This document shows positions 28,335-39,106 of a stretch of 64,000 bases of DNA, in pieces. Both the position numbers and the translations under genes were made by a program. This DNA comes from Candidatus Bruticola sp. GTDB lineage: Bacteria; Vulcanimicrobiota; Xenobia; Xenobiales; Xenobiaceae. The stretch lies in contig JBJEGD010000002.1 in NCBI GenBank assembly GCA_051874735.1, forward strand, positions 76,334-140,333, read 5' to 3'. Within the stretch, counting starts at the first letter, position 1. Each line of letters starts with the position of its first letter. Under the pieces are notes generated by a model. It did no database searches, was not told the DNA's origin, and saw nothing but the letters and a program-made list of their open reading frames with translations.

Positions 28335-29915
28335 ATGTTTTTAGAACGCTGTAGCGGAGTACTGCTTCATCCAACCTCACTGCCTGGCCAGTACGGAATA
28401 GGTACTTTCGGCCATGAAGCTTATGAATGGATCGATTTTTTGGAGCGTACTCAACAGACTCTTTGGCAGATACTTCCTTTGGGGCCGACCTCTTACGGAG
28501 ATAGTCCTTATCAAAGCAGCAGTACTTTTGCAGGGAACCCCTATTTAATTAGCTTAGACAGCATGATTGACGAAGGCCTGCTAACTCGTGAACTTCTCAT
28601 TGAAGCGGTAGGCTCTCCCGATTTCAATGCTAATTCTGACACTGTCGATTTTGGTTCTCTTTACAAGTGGAAACTTCCGCTTTTAAATAAAGCAGCGGCC
28701 ATGTTCGATGAAGACTCCTCTTCCTCTTTGGCCAAAGACTACAAAAAATTCTGCAAAGAAAACAAAAGCTGGCTAGACGATTACTCTCTTTTTAGTGCTT
28801 TAAAAAAGAAATTTTCCGATAAAGCTTGGACAGAATGGCCAGATGAGTACCGGTTGCGCAAAGAAAAAGCCCTACGCGAAGCCAAGCAGCAGCTGGCTCC
28901 TCAGATAAAGTGCTACTGCTTTATTCAGTGGGTTTTTGATCGCCAATGGAATAAACTCCGCGCCTATGCTAATCAAAAAGGCATAAAGATTGTCGGCGAT
29001 CTGCCTATTTTTGTGGCCATGGATTCAGCTGACGCCTGGACTAACACTTCCCTTTTCTGCTTTGATAAAAATTTAGTGCCCACTGCGGTAGCCGGTGTGC
29101 CACCAGATGGATTCAGTGCAGACGGTCAGTTGTGGGGCAACCCGCTTTATAATTGGGACAAACTTAAAAAAACTAGTTACGCCTGGTGGATTGAGCGCTT
29201 AAAGGCGGCTCTCAAGCGCCAAGACTATGTCCGCATCGATCACTTCAGAGGCTTTGCCGCTTACTGGGCAGTGCCTTTTGGCGAAAAGACAGCGAAAAAC
29301 GGTAAATGGCTTAAAGGACCTGGGCTCGACTTCTTCAAGGCAGTTCAGAAAGCTTTAGGCAGCAATCTTCCTATCATTGCTGAAGATCTCGGACTTATTA
29401 CCGACGACGTCATTCAATTGCGTGATACTTTTAACTTCCCCGGCATGAAAATTTTACAGTTTGCTTTTGGAAGCGATGCTAGAGCGGAGTATTTGCCGCA
29501 CAACTATCAACCTAACTGCGTAGCTTACACCGGCACACACGACAACAACACCGCCCAAGGTTGGTATGCGGGCGATGCTTTTGAGAAGGAGAAAGATTAT
29601 TTACGCCGCTACTTCTCAACCGACGGTTGGGACGTAGCTTGGACTATGATTCGCGGTATTTTCTCATCTGTAGCCCAAGCAGCTATTGTACCTGCTCAAG
29701 ATTTACTTAGCTTAGGTAAAGAGGCCCGTATGAATTATCCGGGTAAGTCCATAGGGAACTGGAGCTGGCGCTTCCGCCGTGAAATGTTCAACGGACATAT
29801 TGAGTGGCGTCTCAAAGAAATGACCTCAATTTACGGACGCGAGCGGGATAAACAGATCATTGTCCCAGATGAGGCCAGCCAAAAGGCAGCCGAAGCAGCC
29901 ATGCACGCTGAATAA
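28335..29915 (+). CDS. malQ: 4-alpha-glucanotransferase (amylomaltase, GH77)
   Basis: GVLLHPTSLPG, WQILPL, GDLPIFV, GQLWGNP, RIDHFRGF, AEDLG and YTGTHDN. Confidence 0.97.
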   Translation: MFLERCSGVLLHPTSLPGQYGIGTFGHEAYEWIDFLERTQQTLWQILPLGPTSYGDSPYQSSSTFAGNPYLISLDSMIDEGLLTRELLIEAVGSPDFNANSDTVDFGSLYKWKLPLLNKAAAMFDEDSSSSLAKDYKKFCKENKSWLDDYSLFSALKKKFSDKAWTEWPDEYRLRKEKALREAKQQLAPQIKCYCFIQWVFDRQWNKLRAYANQKGIKIVGDLPIFVAMDSADAWTNTSLFCFDKNLVPTAVAGVPPDGFSADGQLWGNPLYNWDKLKKTSYAWWIERLKAALKRQDYVRIDHFRGFAAYWAVPFGEKTAKNGKWLKGPGLDFFKAVQKALGSNLPIIAEDLGLITDDVIQLRDTFNFPGMKILQFAFGSDARAEYLPHNYQPNCVAYTGTHDNNTAQGWYAGDAFEKEKDYLRRYFSTDGWDVAWTMIRGIFSSVAQAAIVPAQDLLSLGKEARMNYPGKSIGNWSWRFRREMFNGHIEWRLKEMTSIYGRERDKQIIVPDEASQKAAEAAMHAE

Positions 29916-29936
29916 AAGAAGCTAAGTTGACTGCAT

Positions 29937-29971
29937 AAAAAAATCCTCAGAAAATTTCTGAGGATTTTTTT
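29937..29971. terminator. Bidirectional terminator
   Basis: AAAAAAATCCTCAGAAA/TTTCTGAGGATTTTTTT between convergent genes. Confidence 0.85.
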
Positions 29972-29974
29972 CTT

Positions 29975-30151
29975 TTATCCAGCTAATTCCCAAACAAGAT
30001 TGAGTTTACCATTTAAATCTACAAAAGTGCTGACTAAACGAAGTCCCTGCATAGTACTTACTTGAGTCAGATAGTCGCTCAGCTCATCAGCAGAATAATC
30101 AGCTTGCTCTAAAGTTTCGACAACATAAGCGTAAGAATTAGGCTCACTCAT
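29975..30151 (-). CDS. Small protein, DUF4177-like
   Basis: YAYVVETL...ELSDYL...QGLRLVST pattern resembles DUF4177; likely start ATG 30151. Confidence 0.5.
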   Translation of the reverse strand: MSEPNSYAYVVETLEQADYSADELSDYLTQVSTMQGLRLVSTFVDLNGKLNLVWELAG

Positions 30152-30215
30152 AGGCGGATTAATTTTTTTCCTTTCTATACAGTATTCTGCCCAAATTGCT
30201 CCGACTTTCATGATT

Positions 30216-30860
30216 CTAAGTAAGCAGACGCCTTTGCACTAAATCTTGATATAGTTTTTCCACGGACGTAAAAACTAAAGCATTCATGCCAAGTTTTTGA
30301 GCAGCTTCAGTATTAGACTGCTGGTCATCTATAAAAAGACACTGCTTGAGAGATACTCCTCCCTTAGCAGCAGCCAGTTTAAAAATTTCTGCCTGAGGCT
30401 TGCGCATGCCTTCCCTACAAGAGAGTACACACGGATTAAAAAGGGCATAAAATCCTATTTTTTCCAAAATTTCAGCATGATCAGCTATAATGTTGCTCAA
30501 AGCCCCCACAGCTAATCCGTTCTGACGCAGAGCTTCAACTAAACGTTTCATACGCTCATCGATACGCACCGTAGCTCGAAAAATGTTTTTCCAAAATTCC
30601 CCGCAGTTGCTAACAATACTGAGAGACCCTTCTCCACTTTTCCATAAATTCTCGCCTATTTTTTGCCAAAATTCATCAGAACTAATAGCACCAGTTTCAA
30701 ACACAGGCAGCAACTGAGCGATTTCACGACGAAGAGGCGCCGGAGTAGTTTGAAAAGCAGCACAACCTAACTGTACATAGCGATCGAGTTCAGCTTCTAC
30801 AAATACACCGCCAATATCAAACAGAACAAGCTTTATTGGTTTAGTACCAAAAAATAGCAT
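30216..30860 (-). CDS. HAD-family phosphatase (YihX-like)
   Basis: FDIGGV, LSN, RKP and FIDD motifs. Confidence 0.92.
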   Translation of the reverse strand: MLFFGTKPIKLVLFDIGGVFVEAELDRYVQLGCAAFQTTPAPLRREIAQLLPVFETGAISSDEFWQKIGENLWKSGEGSLSIVSNCGEFWKNIFRATVRIDERMKRLVEALRQNGLAVGALSNIIADHAEILEKIGFYALFNPCVLSCREGMRKPQAEIFKLAAAKGGVSLKQCLFIDDQQSNTEAAQKLGMNALVFTSVEKLYQDLVQRRLLT

Positions 30861-31224
30861 GGCAGCACCTTCTTACCACTGATTATAATTTTAGGCAAAT
30901 TTTCTCTATAAAAATAAAGCCTCCCTTTAGCCCCAAATTAGTTGCCCTTATTGAGCTTAAGGCTCAGCGTATCAATGCACCATAGTAGGGAAAACGTTTT
31001 CAAGCAAGAAACAGACAATCCGCCTGCGCTCATCAACAAACGGCTGAAACGTACAGACATAAAAGTTGTATCTGCAGGGATATACAAAGTAAAAAAATAA
31101 GCAGGGCAAATCACTTTAAGCGAATATGTAACGCAATCGGAACTTTTTCTTAGGCGATACAGCTATTCAGCTGGTTCCCAAGATAAAGCCGAAAATTTTA
31201 TTTTGGCCCGCCAGTTAGAACAAA

Positions 31225-33024
31225 TTGAACACCAACGATTCTTCAAACCACACTGTCAGCAATGACAATATCCAAATAAACTGGCCCAAGCTTGCAGTGT
31301 CATCATTAGGTGCCGTGGCAGTAATTTATTTATGTATATGGCTGCTCGTACACCTTTTTAACACGTTTTTTGTGCATAAAACTTCACCTTTTATTGGGCT
31401 AATTCCAAATTCCGTTCCTTTAGCTGTGGAGGGCAGCCCCGATCAGGTCGCGGAATTTTTGCAGAAGCGCTGCGGCCTTATTACCGATTTTGATAAACAT
31501 CTGTCGCAGAAATATCCGAAAGCGCGCACTTTAATAGCTCTTATGCCAAGTGATGGCTTGGGCAGTTCTTTAGAATGTCAGTCTTATTTACTCGATTTAG
31601 CTTCCAATATCGAAGAACTGTGGAACAAAAATTACGCTTATCCAGTTTCAGTCCCTCCATTTCCTCCTTGTCCGGCAGGAGGACAGGCCGTTTACAGCAG
31701 TGATGAGCAACAATTTACTATTATCTGTACAGGGCAGCAGCATCGCACAGAATACAATTCATTTGAGGGGTTAGCAGCTCCAACATCTAAGGTCGCGTCT
31801 CTTACTCCAGCTTCTAACGTTCAAGCTCCTTCGAATCTGCCGGAGCGGTCTAACCGCAATTTTGAGGAAGCAGCTAAAGAGCGCTTAGATTCACTGCAAG
31901 ACACCCCAAATGTTCTGGAAGCTATAAAGCGGACAGATATTTCGGCGAATATGCAAGCTCAAAAAACAAACTCTCTTTCGGAAGCGACCTCAGAAGAGAA
32001 CGAGGTATCTTACTATGAAAAAACAATTACAGCTTCAGGTGATTTAGCCGAAAAATTAGACAATCAAAATATACCTTTAGGACTTCAGGATTTGCCAAGT
32101 ACTTTCAAATTCCGCGAGCCCTTTATTATTGCTATCGCTAATGTCGAAGAGAATCTACCAGAATGCTTCCGACTGCCTAAATTTAAGAATTTACAAATAT
32201 GGGCTTCATCTCCTGAAAGCGCCCAAAAAATTTTAGCAGGCCGTACTCCTAAGAGCGAATCATTGTTCTTAGAGTCGGCTGATACGACAAAATTTCAGAT
32301 ATTCTGTCGTAACTCAGTATTCAACGAGCTATTCCAAGATATACCTCTTAAACTTCCTGCAGACTCTTGGATCAGTCTTCATCAATCTACTGACAGCACT
32401 ACTAGTAAAGATTGTTACGACGGCGAGATCGTTTTACCTGATAAGTATAAAAATCAGTTAGATAAAATCACTTCACAAAGCAGAGAAGCAGAAAAGCTGC
32501 TCTCCAGTCTTGATCCGTCCTCAGTTTCTTTCAGTGCCAATCCGAATATACTTAAATGGTTTTCTGTTCCCAATTTAGGATGGGGAATCGTCGCCAAACA
32601 AGAGGAACAAAGCCTGGAACTTCAGCCCAATTTAATGGGAATAAGCTTAGATAGTTCCAACCAGACGTCACTAAAACAAATCTTTGTAAATTTGGCCAAA
32701 GCTTTCAAAGGGAGAATCAGTTTTAATGCTTCGCTAAAGTTTGACACTGACCAGAGCGCCTCTTCTTGGTCAGCTAATAGCCCTCTAGGCCCAGTTATCC
32801 AAGTTAAAGGCCCAGAATTATCCGTAAAAACTGGTTCTTTATCTAAAAATAAAGCAGTTTCTCTGCCTAAAGGGCCAACCACTCCTCAAGTCTGCGGTTG
32901 GTATACTGTAAATACGGCTCCAGACCAAAAAACAGTAGTTGTCTTCTCCTCAGGTACAATTAAAAATGAAGATGACAAGAGCGAATGCTCTATGTGGTTT
33001 AAAATAGAAAAAAGGCACGAGTAA
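31225..33024 (+). CDS. Membrane-anchored hypothetical protein with internal pilin-head-like Cys module
   Basis: One N-terminal TM helix; C..YL..LAS.IE......YP......CPAGG...Y......FTIIC.G..H..Y.S..GL segment. Confidence 0.6.
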   Translation: MNTNDSSNHTVSNDNIQINWPKLAVSSLGAVAVIYLCIWLLVHLFNTFFVHKTSPFIGLIPNSVPLAVEGSPDQVAEFLQKRCGLITDFDKHLSQKYPKARTLIALMPSDGLGSSLECQSYLLDLASNIEELWNKNYAYPVSVPPFPPCPAGGQAVYSSDEQQFTIICTGQQHRTEYNSFEGLAAPTSKVASLTPASNVQAPSNLPERSNRNFEEAAKERLDSLQDTPNVLEAIKRTDISANMQAQKTNSLSEATSEENEVSYYEKTITASGDLAEKLDNQNIPLGLQDLPSTFKFREPFIIAIANVEENLPECFRLPKFKNLQIWASSPESAQKILAGRTPKSESLFLESADTTKFQIFCRNSVFNELFQDIPLKLPADSWISLHQSTDSTTSKDCYDGEIVLPDKYKNQLDKITSQSREAEKLLSSLDPSSVSFSANPNILKWFSVPNLGWGIVAKQEEQSLELQPNLMGISLDSSNQTSLKQIFVNLAKAFKGRISFNASLKFDTDQSASSWSANSPLGPVIQVKGPELSVKTGSLSKNKAVSLPKGPTTPQVCGWYTVNTAPDQKTVVVFSSGTIKNEDDKSECSMWFKIEKRHE

Positions 33025-33061
33025 AAAACAGTCGAGCTTCAACCGCTCGACTGTTTTTTTT
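33023..33061. terminator. Bidirectional terminator
   Basis: AAAAAACAGTCGAGC...GCTCGACTGTTTTTTT. Confidence 0.85.
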
Positions 33062-33103
33062 AGATTTAGTGTATAGCCCATACATCGCCCAACAGATACA
33101 CTA

Positions 33104-33787
33104 CTAGGGAGCTTGACTGTCAGTCAAGTCACATGATTCATCATCGCGTTCTTTAGGAATAATCCCCTTTGAAGGAGCAAGCTCTGTAAAATACTTTTCT
33201 TTAGTGAGGTGCATCAAAATTTTAGGCGCATCACTTTCTCCAAACCCATAACCGATTATGCCTTCTAAACTATGCAGTTTTTGACACTCTTCTAACCCCA
33301 CTCTTTTAAAACAGCGCTGCGCCCTCAAATTATAATCAGCAGTATCAAGCTCAATTAAGTCTACTTTTTCTTCTTCGAAAAGAAAACGGTTCACTAAAGC
33401 CATCGCTTTAGTACCTACCCCGTGTCCCCGACTACCTTCACTTCCAATCATCAGACCAGCAAGAGCGATCTTGCCAATCCCTTGCATATAACGAAGATCG
33501 TATTTGGCTAGGCCGATAATTTCAGAGTTAAGATCGCAAACTATTAAAAAATAGCAAGGAGATTTAGGATTAGATATCAACTTAAGATAATTATTCCTAG
33601 CGAATTCGCAATCGTAATCACTAAAAACCTTAGCGCCAAAAGAATAGCGCATTAGTTCCTTATTTTCCATCCATTGCATAATGATATCTATATCAGAGCG
33701 CACTAATCTACGCAGCATCAACCCGAAATCAGAATCTGAAATTAGCACTTTTTTTCTATTGGCGTAAAAATTCAATATTTCACTCAT
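33104..33787 (-). CDS. GNAT N-acetyltransferase (RimJ/RimL-like)
   Basis: RGHGVGTKAM acetyl-CoA loop and N.RA.RCFKRVG; likely start ATG 33787. Confidence 0.85.
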   Translation of the reverse strand: MSEILNFYANRKKVLISDSDFGLMLRRLVRSDIDIIMQWMENKELMRYSFGAKVFSDYDCEFARNNYLKLISNPKSPCYFLIVCDLNSEIIGLAKYDLRYMQGIGKIALAGLMIGSEGSRGHGVGTKAMALVNRFLFEEEKVDLIELDTADYNLRAQRCFKRVGLEECQKLHSLEGIIGYGFGESDAPKILMHLTKEKYFTELAPSKGIIPKERDDESCDLTDSQAP

Positions 33788-34202
33788 ATGAACTTTACGC
33801 TTTCTTACATGATTGCAAATATCTTGCTTATTTTTGACTTGATTGCTACTTTTGTTCGACAAAGTAGCATTAGCCTCATGAAAAATCAATTTATGATTAT
33901 ACAATTAAAACCTACTACCTTGGCATGTTATTGGCTGACAGCAGACTGTAATTGACTTTTATCTGCAGTCAGCATAAGTTAAGGCAAGGTAAAAACAGCT
34001 ACAGAATAAAAAAATAGGGAAAGTTTTGTAATTAGATAAATTTTACCTATATTAGAGCTGATTGAGTAATCAGTTTCAATACCTTACCAACCTAATAGCT
34101 AAATGAAAACTGGCCTTTAAACTACAAGTTTATAGTAAAACTCATTTAAGACGGCTAACGGGGCTTCGTCTGTATAAAATTGCTGTTTTGGGAGAACAAC
34201 TC

Positions 34203-36767
34203 ATGTATAAATTACGGATTAACGGTCAAGAATATACTGCAGAACAAGATAAAAAACTGCTGGCTTTTTTGCGCGAAGATCTACGCTTAACTGCAGCCAA
34301 AGACGGATGCAGCGAGGGAGTTTGCGGAGCCTGCACCGTATTATCCGATGGCAAAAAGATCAAAGCCTGCCTAGTTCCCCTGAGCAAATTGCAGGGCAAA
34401 AATATTATAACTGTCGAGGGTATTCCGCCGCAGGAAATGCGCATCTATGAACACTGTTTTGCTCAAGCTGGCGCAGTTCAATGCGGTTTTTGCATTCCTG
34501 GCATGATAATATCGGCAAAAAGTTTATTAGACTCCAATTTAAATCCTACTGTAAAAGAAATAAAACAGGCCATACGCGGCAATTTATGTCGTTGTACAGG
34601 ATATAAAAAAATTGAGGAAGCTATACTTTTAGCCGCTGAATTTCGACGCGAAAACAAGCCTATTCCTCAACCTCTAAAATCATTGCATATGGATGAACGG
34701 GCGAAACGTATAGACGCAGCTGAAAAAATTAATGGCTCTGGTCTGTTCACCGACGATCTCTATATAGAAGGGCTCGTTTATGCCAAGATGCTTCACTCAA
34801 AATATCCCCGGGCCCGCATTAACAAAATTGATGTAAGCCGAGCGGCAGCTGATCCTCAATGCCTCAGAGTTATCACCAAAGAAGATGTGCCCTGCAATAA
34901 AATAGGCCATATCAAATCAGATTGGGATGTAATAATGGGCGCAGGTGATATTACTCGCTGTCTCAGTGACGTCCTTGCCGTTGTCGTAGCTGAAAGTAAA
35001 GACCATTTAGATCGACTTTGCTCTTTAATCGAAGTTGACTATACAGAGATGCCCCCCCTATCCAATCCTTTTGACGCTATGCGTGGAGATGCTCCGCTGA
35101 TTCATCCTGACGGCAATATTATGAGCCGAGCCAATCTTATAAGAGGCGATGCAGAAACAGCTATAAAAAACTCTAAATATTCGGTGACCAGAAAATATAA
35201 AACATCGTGGCAGGAACACGCTTTTATGGAACCAGAGTGCTGTGTTGCACAGCCTCAAGAAGAGAATGGCTTGCTAATTTATACGAGCAGCCAATCCGTT
35301 TACGATGTTAGACGGGAATGCGCCCAAATGCTTAAGCTACCGCCAGAAAACATTCACTGCCGAGCGACTTTAGTCGGCGGAGGATTTGGGGGCAAAGAAG
35401 ATATGTCTGTCCAGCAATACGCCGCTTTAGCAGCCTGGATAACCAAAAGGCCTGTCAAAGTAAAGTTTACCCGCCAAGAATCTTTAGATTATCACGTCAA
35501 ACGCCATCCCATGGAAATGGAATTTACCACCGCATGCGATGAAAACGGCTTTCTCACCGGCATGAAAGCTATCATTATAGCCGATACAGGGGCCTATGCC
35601 TCTTTGGGCGGTCCAGTCCTGCATCGTGCCTGTACCCATGCCGCCGGTCCTTACAATTACCAAAATATCGATATTTTAGGTATGTCAGTTTATACAAATA
35701 ATGTTGTCTCCGGAGCCTTTCGCGGTTTTGGTGTAGCTCAAACTTGTTTTGCTACAGAAATGAACCTCAACCTGTTAGCGGAAAAAGTCGGACTTGATCC
35801 TTGGGAATTTCGCCGCCGCAATGTCATAAATCCTGGCGATACTCTACCTAATGGTCAGATTGCCGATCCCGATACCAATATGGCAGCCTGCCTTGACGCA
35901 GTCAAAGACATTTACTATGCCAATCCCTACGCAGGCTTAGCCTGTGGCTTCAAAAATTCCGGCACAGGTATGGGTAAACGAGATATCGGGCGTGTTCTGA
36001 TATCGATAGAAAACGGCCGAATTCACCTCCGCACTTCAGCTGCCTGTATGGGCCAAGGCATCGGTCAAATGGTTCTCACTGAAGTATGCCATGTGACAGA
36101 GCTTGATCCTAGCCTTTTTGTATTTGAAAATGCAGATACAGTTCGGACTCCCAATTCAGGAACTTCTACAGCTTCACGCCAGACGGTAATGACTGGAGAA
36201 GCAGCTCGCCGCGCAGGGGAGAAATTAAAAGCGGCTCTATCGGGCGGCAAGACTATATCCGATCTGGAAGGGCAAGAATTTTTAGGTGAATATTCAGCCA
36301 AAACAGATCCTCTCGGAGCAGTGAAAGACAATCCTATCAGCCATGTTTCCTACTCTTACGGAGTTCAGGTCGTCATTCTTAATGAACAAGGGCGTATCAA
36401 CAAAGTTGTTTCTGCTTTTGATGTAGGTATACCAGTAAATATTCAATCTGTAGAAGGACAAATTGAGGGGGGAATGCTTATGGGAGTAGGTTACGGAGTT
36501 ACTGAAAAATTTGAGTGTATTGACAGTCGTCCTCAAAATAAATTCGCTACTCTCGGCTTAATACGCGCCCCTGAAGCGCCTGAACTTGAAGTTATAATAT
36601 GCCGACCCCAAAAAGGTGATCAATCGCCTTATTCTCTTGGCGCCAAAGGATGTGGGGAGCTCTGTATGATTCCGACCGCCCCAGCCTGTGCTCATGCTTA
36701 CTACAAACTTGACGGCAAATTCAGACAAAGTTTACCTTTAACAGATACTCCTTACCAACGCCGTTAA
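34203..36767 (+). CDS. xdh: Selenium-dependent xanthine dehydrogenase-like molybdenum hydroxylase (2Fe-2S plus Mo-binding fusion)
   Basis: KDGCSEGVCGACTV, QCGFCIPG, NLCRCTGY, GGGFGGKEDMSVQ, GAFRGFG, STASRQT and GAKGCGE; length and motifs match the clostridial Se-dependent Xdh type. Confidence 0.88.
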   Translation: MYKLRINGQEYTAEQDKKLLAFLREDLRLTAAKDGCSEGVCGACTVLSDGKKIKACLVPLSKLQGKNIITVEGIPPQEMRIYEHCFAQAGAVQCGFCIPGMIISAKSLLDSNLNPTVKEIKQAIRGNLCRCTGYKKIEEAILLAAEFRRENKPIPQPLKSLHMDERAKRIDAAEKINGSGLFTDDLYIEGLVYAKMLHSKYPRARINKIDVSRAAADPQCLRVITKEDVPCNKIGHIKSDWDVIMGAGDITRCLSDVLAVVVAESKDHLDRLCSLIEVDYTEMPPLSNPFDAMRGDAPLIHPDGNIMSRANLIRGDAETAIKNSKYSVTRKYKTSWQEHAFMEPECCVAQPQEENGLLIYTSSQSVYDVRRECAQMLKLPPENIHCRATLVGGGFGGKEDMSVQQYAALAAWITKRPVKVKFTRQESLDYHVKRHPMEMEFTTACDENGFLTGMKAIIIADTGAYASLGGPVLHRACTHAAGPYNYQNIDILGMSVYTNNVVSGAFRGFGVAQTCFATEMNLNLLAEKVGLDPWEFRRRNVINPGDTLPNGQIADPDTNMAACLDAVKDIYYANPYAGLACGFKNSGTGMGKRDIGRVLISIENGRIHLRTSAACMGQGIGQMVLTEVCHVTELDPSLFVFENADTVRTPNSGTSTASRQTVMTGEAARRAGEKLKAALSGGKTISDLEGQEFLGEYSAKTDPLGAVKDNPISHVSYSYGVQVVILNEQGRINKVVSAFDVGIPVNIQSVEGQIEGGMLMGVGYGVTEKFECIDSRPQNKFATLGLIRAPEAPELEVIICRPQKGDQSPYSLGAKGCGELCMIPTAPACAHAYYKLDGKFRQSLPLTDTPYQRR

Positions 36768-36993
36768 TTTGATTATTTTCCCCAACTAAATAACTTTAAC
36801 TAAAAAGCTACAGACTAGCGGTCAGACGACTAGGAGCCTATTTTAGTAATATAATTATCCTGCAAACGGTAAAGCAGGGCTTTTAAAGCAAAGCGCAGAA
36901 GGCAGGGGAAACTTGCTGTCTAGCTCACACAAGCAGGCAGCTTTTATTTAATTTATGACTTCGCTACGTCTGGCGATGGAGAAGAGGCATAAG

Positions 36994-37626
36994 TTGGCTA
37001 AACGAGATTATTATTTAGTTTTAGGTGTAGCGCCCATTGCTTCGCCGGAAGAGATCAAAAAAGCCTACAGAGCGCTTTCTAAGAAGTATCATCCTGATGC
37101 CAATCCTGACATGAAGAATGAAGCCGATCAAAAAATGAAGGAGCTGATTGAAGCTTACAACATTCTAAATGATCCGGCTAAACGCAAAGAATACGATTCT
37201 CAGCCTCAGTTCAAAGTGCGTCGCTTTGCTAAATCTTCAGCTCGCACTAAAATAGACAAAGGGACTGCTGCTAGTAAGAAACCGGATACTCCAGAAGAAG
37301 CCTCTCCAATTTTGCGCTGGATTAAGAAACTTTTCAGCAAGCCTGAAAATGCTGCTAAGGAGTTCCGTGCCGATCCGAAACAAGCTGACGTCCATTTCAC
37401 TCTGGGTCTTTCTATGTCAGAAACTGAAAGTTTTATGGACCAAGCTTGCCGAGAGTTCAAGCTAGCTCTTAAATTTGATCCTAATCATAAAGAAGCTTGT
37501 TATAATATGGCTCTCATGCAATACAAGACCGGCGATTTTGAAGGTGCTAAGGCTACACTGCGGCGCTGCTCAGAAATAGACTCACAAGATCCGGCTACTA
37601 GAGTAATGATTAGTCTTCTGCAGTAA
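36994..37626 (+). CDS. J-domain protein with C-terminal TPR repeats
   Basis: [12 protein letters not shown] and EAYNILND; TPR pattern at the C-terminus; likely TTG start after GAGG. Confidence 0.85.
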   Translation: MAKRDYYLVLGVAPIASPEEIKKAYRALSKKYHPDANPDMKNEADQKMKELIEAYNILNDPAKRKEYDSQPQFKVRRFAKSSARTKIDKGTAASKKPDTPEEASPILRWIKKLFSKPENAAKEFRADPKQADVHFTLGLSMSETESFMDQACREFKLALKFDPNHKEACYNMALMQYKTGDFEGAKATLRRCSEIDSQDPATRVMISLLQ

Positions 37627-37653
37627 AACTATAAAAAGTCGGTGGCAGATCGC

Positions 37654-37698
37654 AACATACAAAAAGCAGGCTGTGTCACAGCCTGCTTTTTGTATGTT
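37654..37698. terminator. Bidirectional terminator
   Basis: AACATACAAAAAGCAGGCTG...CAGCCTGCTTTTTGTATGTT long perfect inverted repeat. Confidence 0.9.
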
Positions 37699-38843
37699 TA
37701 TTCGGCAATTGCTGTTTTAGGTTTGGGGCCAGGATATTGAAAATAATTGCAGGGGATCATTCCATTGTAAAGCTTACGTCGGCGTTGGGCCTTACTTCCA
37801 AAGCAAGCCTCAAAATCGGGATGTGAGGAAATAATATAAAAAGACCAATCTGACCTTTCTTTATAGAGGCCACCTAAAACGGCGTATAAATATTCCGCTT
37901 CTTCAATGTCTAAAAGGCGCTCTCCATAAGGAGGGTTAGTAATCAGCACTCCATATTTAGCAGAAGAAGCGAAGTCTCGAATATCCCGTTCCTGAAAATT
38001 AATACCTCTACCTTCCAAACCACATTGCTGCAAATGGAGACGAGCCAGCTTCAAAGTTTTGGCGTTGTTGTCGAATCCAGCAATATGCAACTTAGTATTA
38101 CGATCTAACAGATCTTCAGCTTCCTCCAAAGCCCGCTTCCAAACTTGGCTGCTAATAAATGGCCAACTTTCAGAGGCAAATTTTCTAGTTAAGCCAGGAG
38201 CCATATTCAAGCCTATCATAGCAGCTTCCAGACAGATGGTACCTGAACCGCAAAAAGGATCTATAAGCACGCGATCTTTATTCCAAAAACTTAGCTGTAC
38301 TAAACCAGCAGCCAACGTTTCTCTCAGAGGAGCAGGAGCATTCCAAGTACGATACCCGCGTTTGTGCAACCCCGAGCCAGAAGTGTCCAAAAGCACTTCG
38401 CATTCATCATTGGCTAAAAAAACCTTAATAGGAAAATGGGCCCCATTTTCATCTAGAATTGTTCTGCGATAGCTAGACTGCATAATTTCAACTACAGCCT
38501 TTTTAGCCGTCCTCTGAATAGCCGGCAAACTGGTAAGCTTCGACTTGTAGGTGTGGGCGTCTACTGGGAATTCGGCGTTAACAGGCATAAGTTCAGCCCA
38601 AGGTATTTTTTTTAGGCCCCAAAATAGTTCTTCAAAATTTGAACAGGGAAACTTCTTAAGGCTCCACCACACACGATCAGCACTGCGCAACCACAAATTA
38701 GCACGGCAAATGTCGGCTTCTTCACCTACAAAACGAATCCGTCCGTTTTCAGAATGGACTTTATCCATATTTAGCTTCTCTAATTCGCGAGCGACAACAG
38801 ACTCTAATCCTAAAGCACAGGAGGCTATCAAATTAAATTTCAT
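37698..38843 (-). CDS. THUMP-domain rRNA methyltransferase (RlmL/YpsC-like)
   Basis: NLWLRSADRV, LHKRGYR, APLRETLAA, DPFCGSGT and NPPYGER. Confidence 0.93.
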   Translation of the reverse strand: MKFNLIASCALGLESVVARELEKLNMDKVHSENGRIRFVGEEADICRANLWLRSADRVWWSLKKFPCSNFEELFWGLKKIPWAELMPVNAEFPVDAHTYKSKLTSLPAIQRTAKKAVVEIMQSSYRRTILDENGAHFPIKVFLANDECEVLLDTSGSGLHKRGYRTWNAPAPLRETLAAGLVQLSFWNKDRVLIDPFCGSGTICLEAAMIGLNMAPGLTRKFASESWPFISSQVWKRALEEAEDLLDRNTKLHIAGFDNNAKTLKLARLHLQQCGLEGRGINFQERDIRDFASSAKYGVLITNPPYGERLLDIEEAEYLYAVLGGLYKERSDWSFYIISSHPDFEACFGSKAQRRRKLYNGMIPCNYFQYPGPKPKTAIAE

Positions 38844-39106
38844 ATTATTTGCCTTACAATACTCTGTTCTGCTCCGGATTATTTTCCAGCTTACAACTGG
38901 ACAAAGTACGCAGCAGATTTTTATAACAAAATTTATTTCAGCTGCAGAACAGGATCACTAAAAATATATTAAAATTCCCAGAGCCGGGGTAAATTAAACT
39001 ACTAACGCTCCTCTCCCTGCTATTTAGCAGAGTAATGAACGCTTAACAAAAAGGTTATATTTAGCTGCATCTAACTCGAATACAAAAAGAAAGTGTCACT
39101 TAATTT

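Noticed and set aside
31100-31145. c-di-GMP-I riboswitch-like GGCAAA...ACGCAA
   Set aside because: No GNRA-capped P2 stem or convincing P3 pairing.
33905-34202. Purine or Moco riboswitch upstream of xdh
   Set aside because: The purine core motifs (TATAAT...ATATGG...TTTCTACC) are absent and no Moco-like motif is recognisable.
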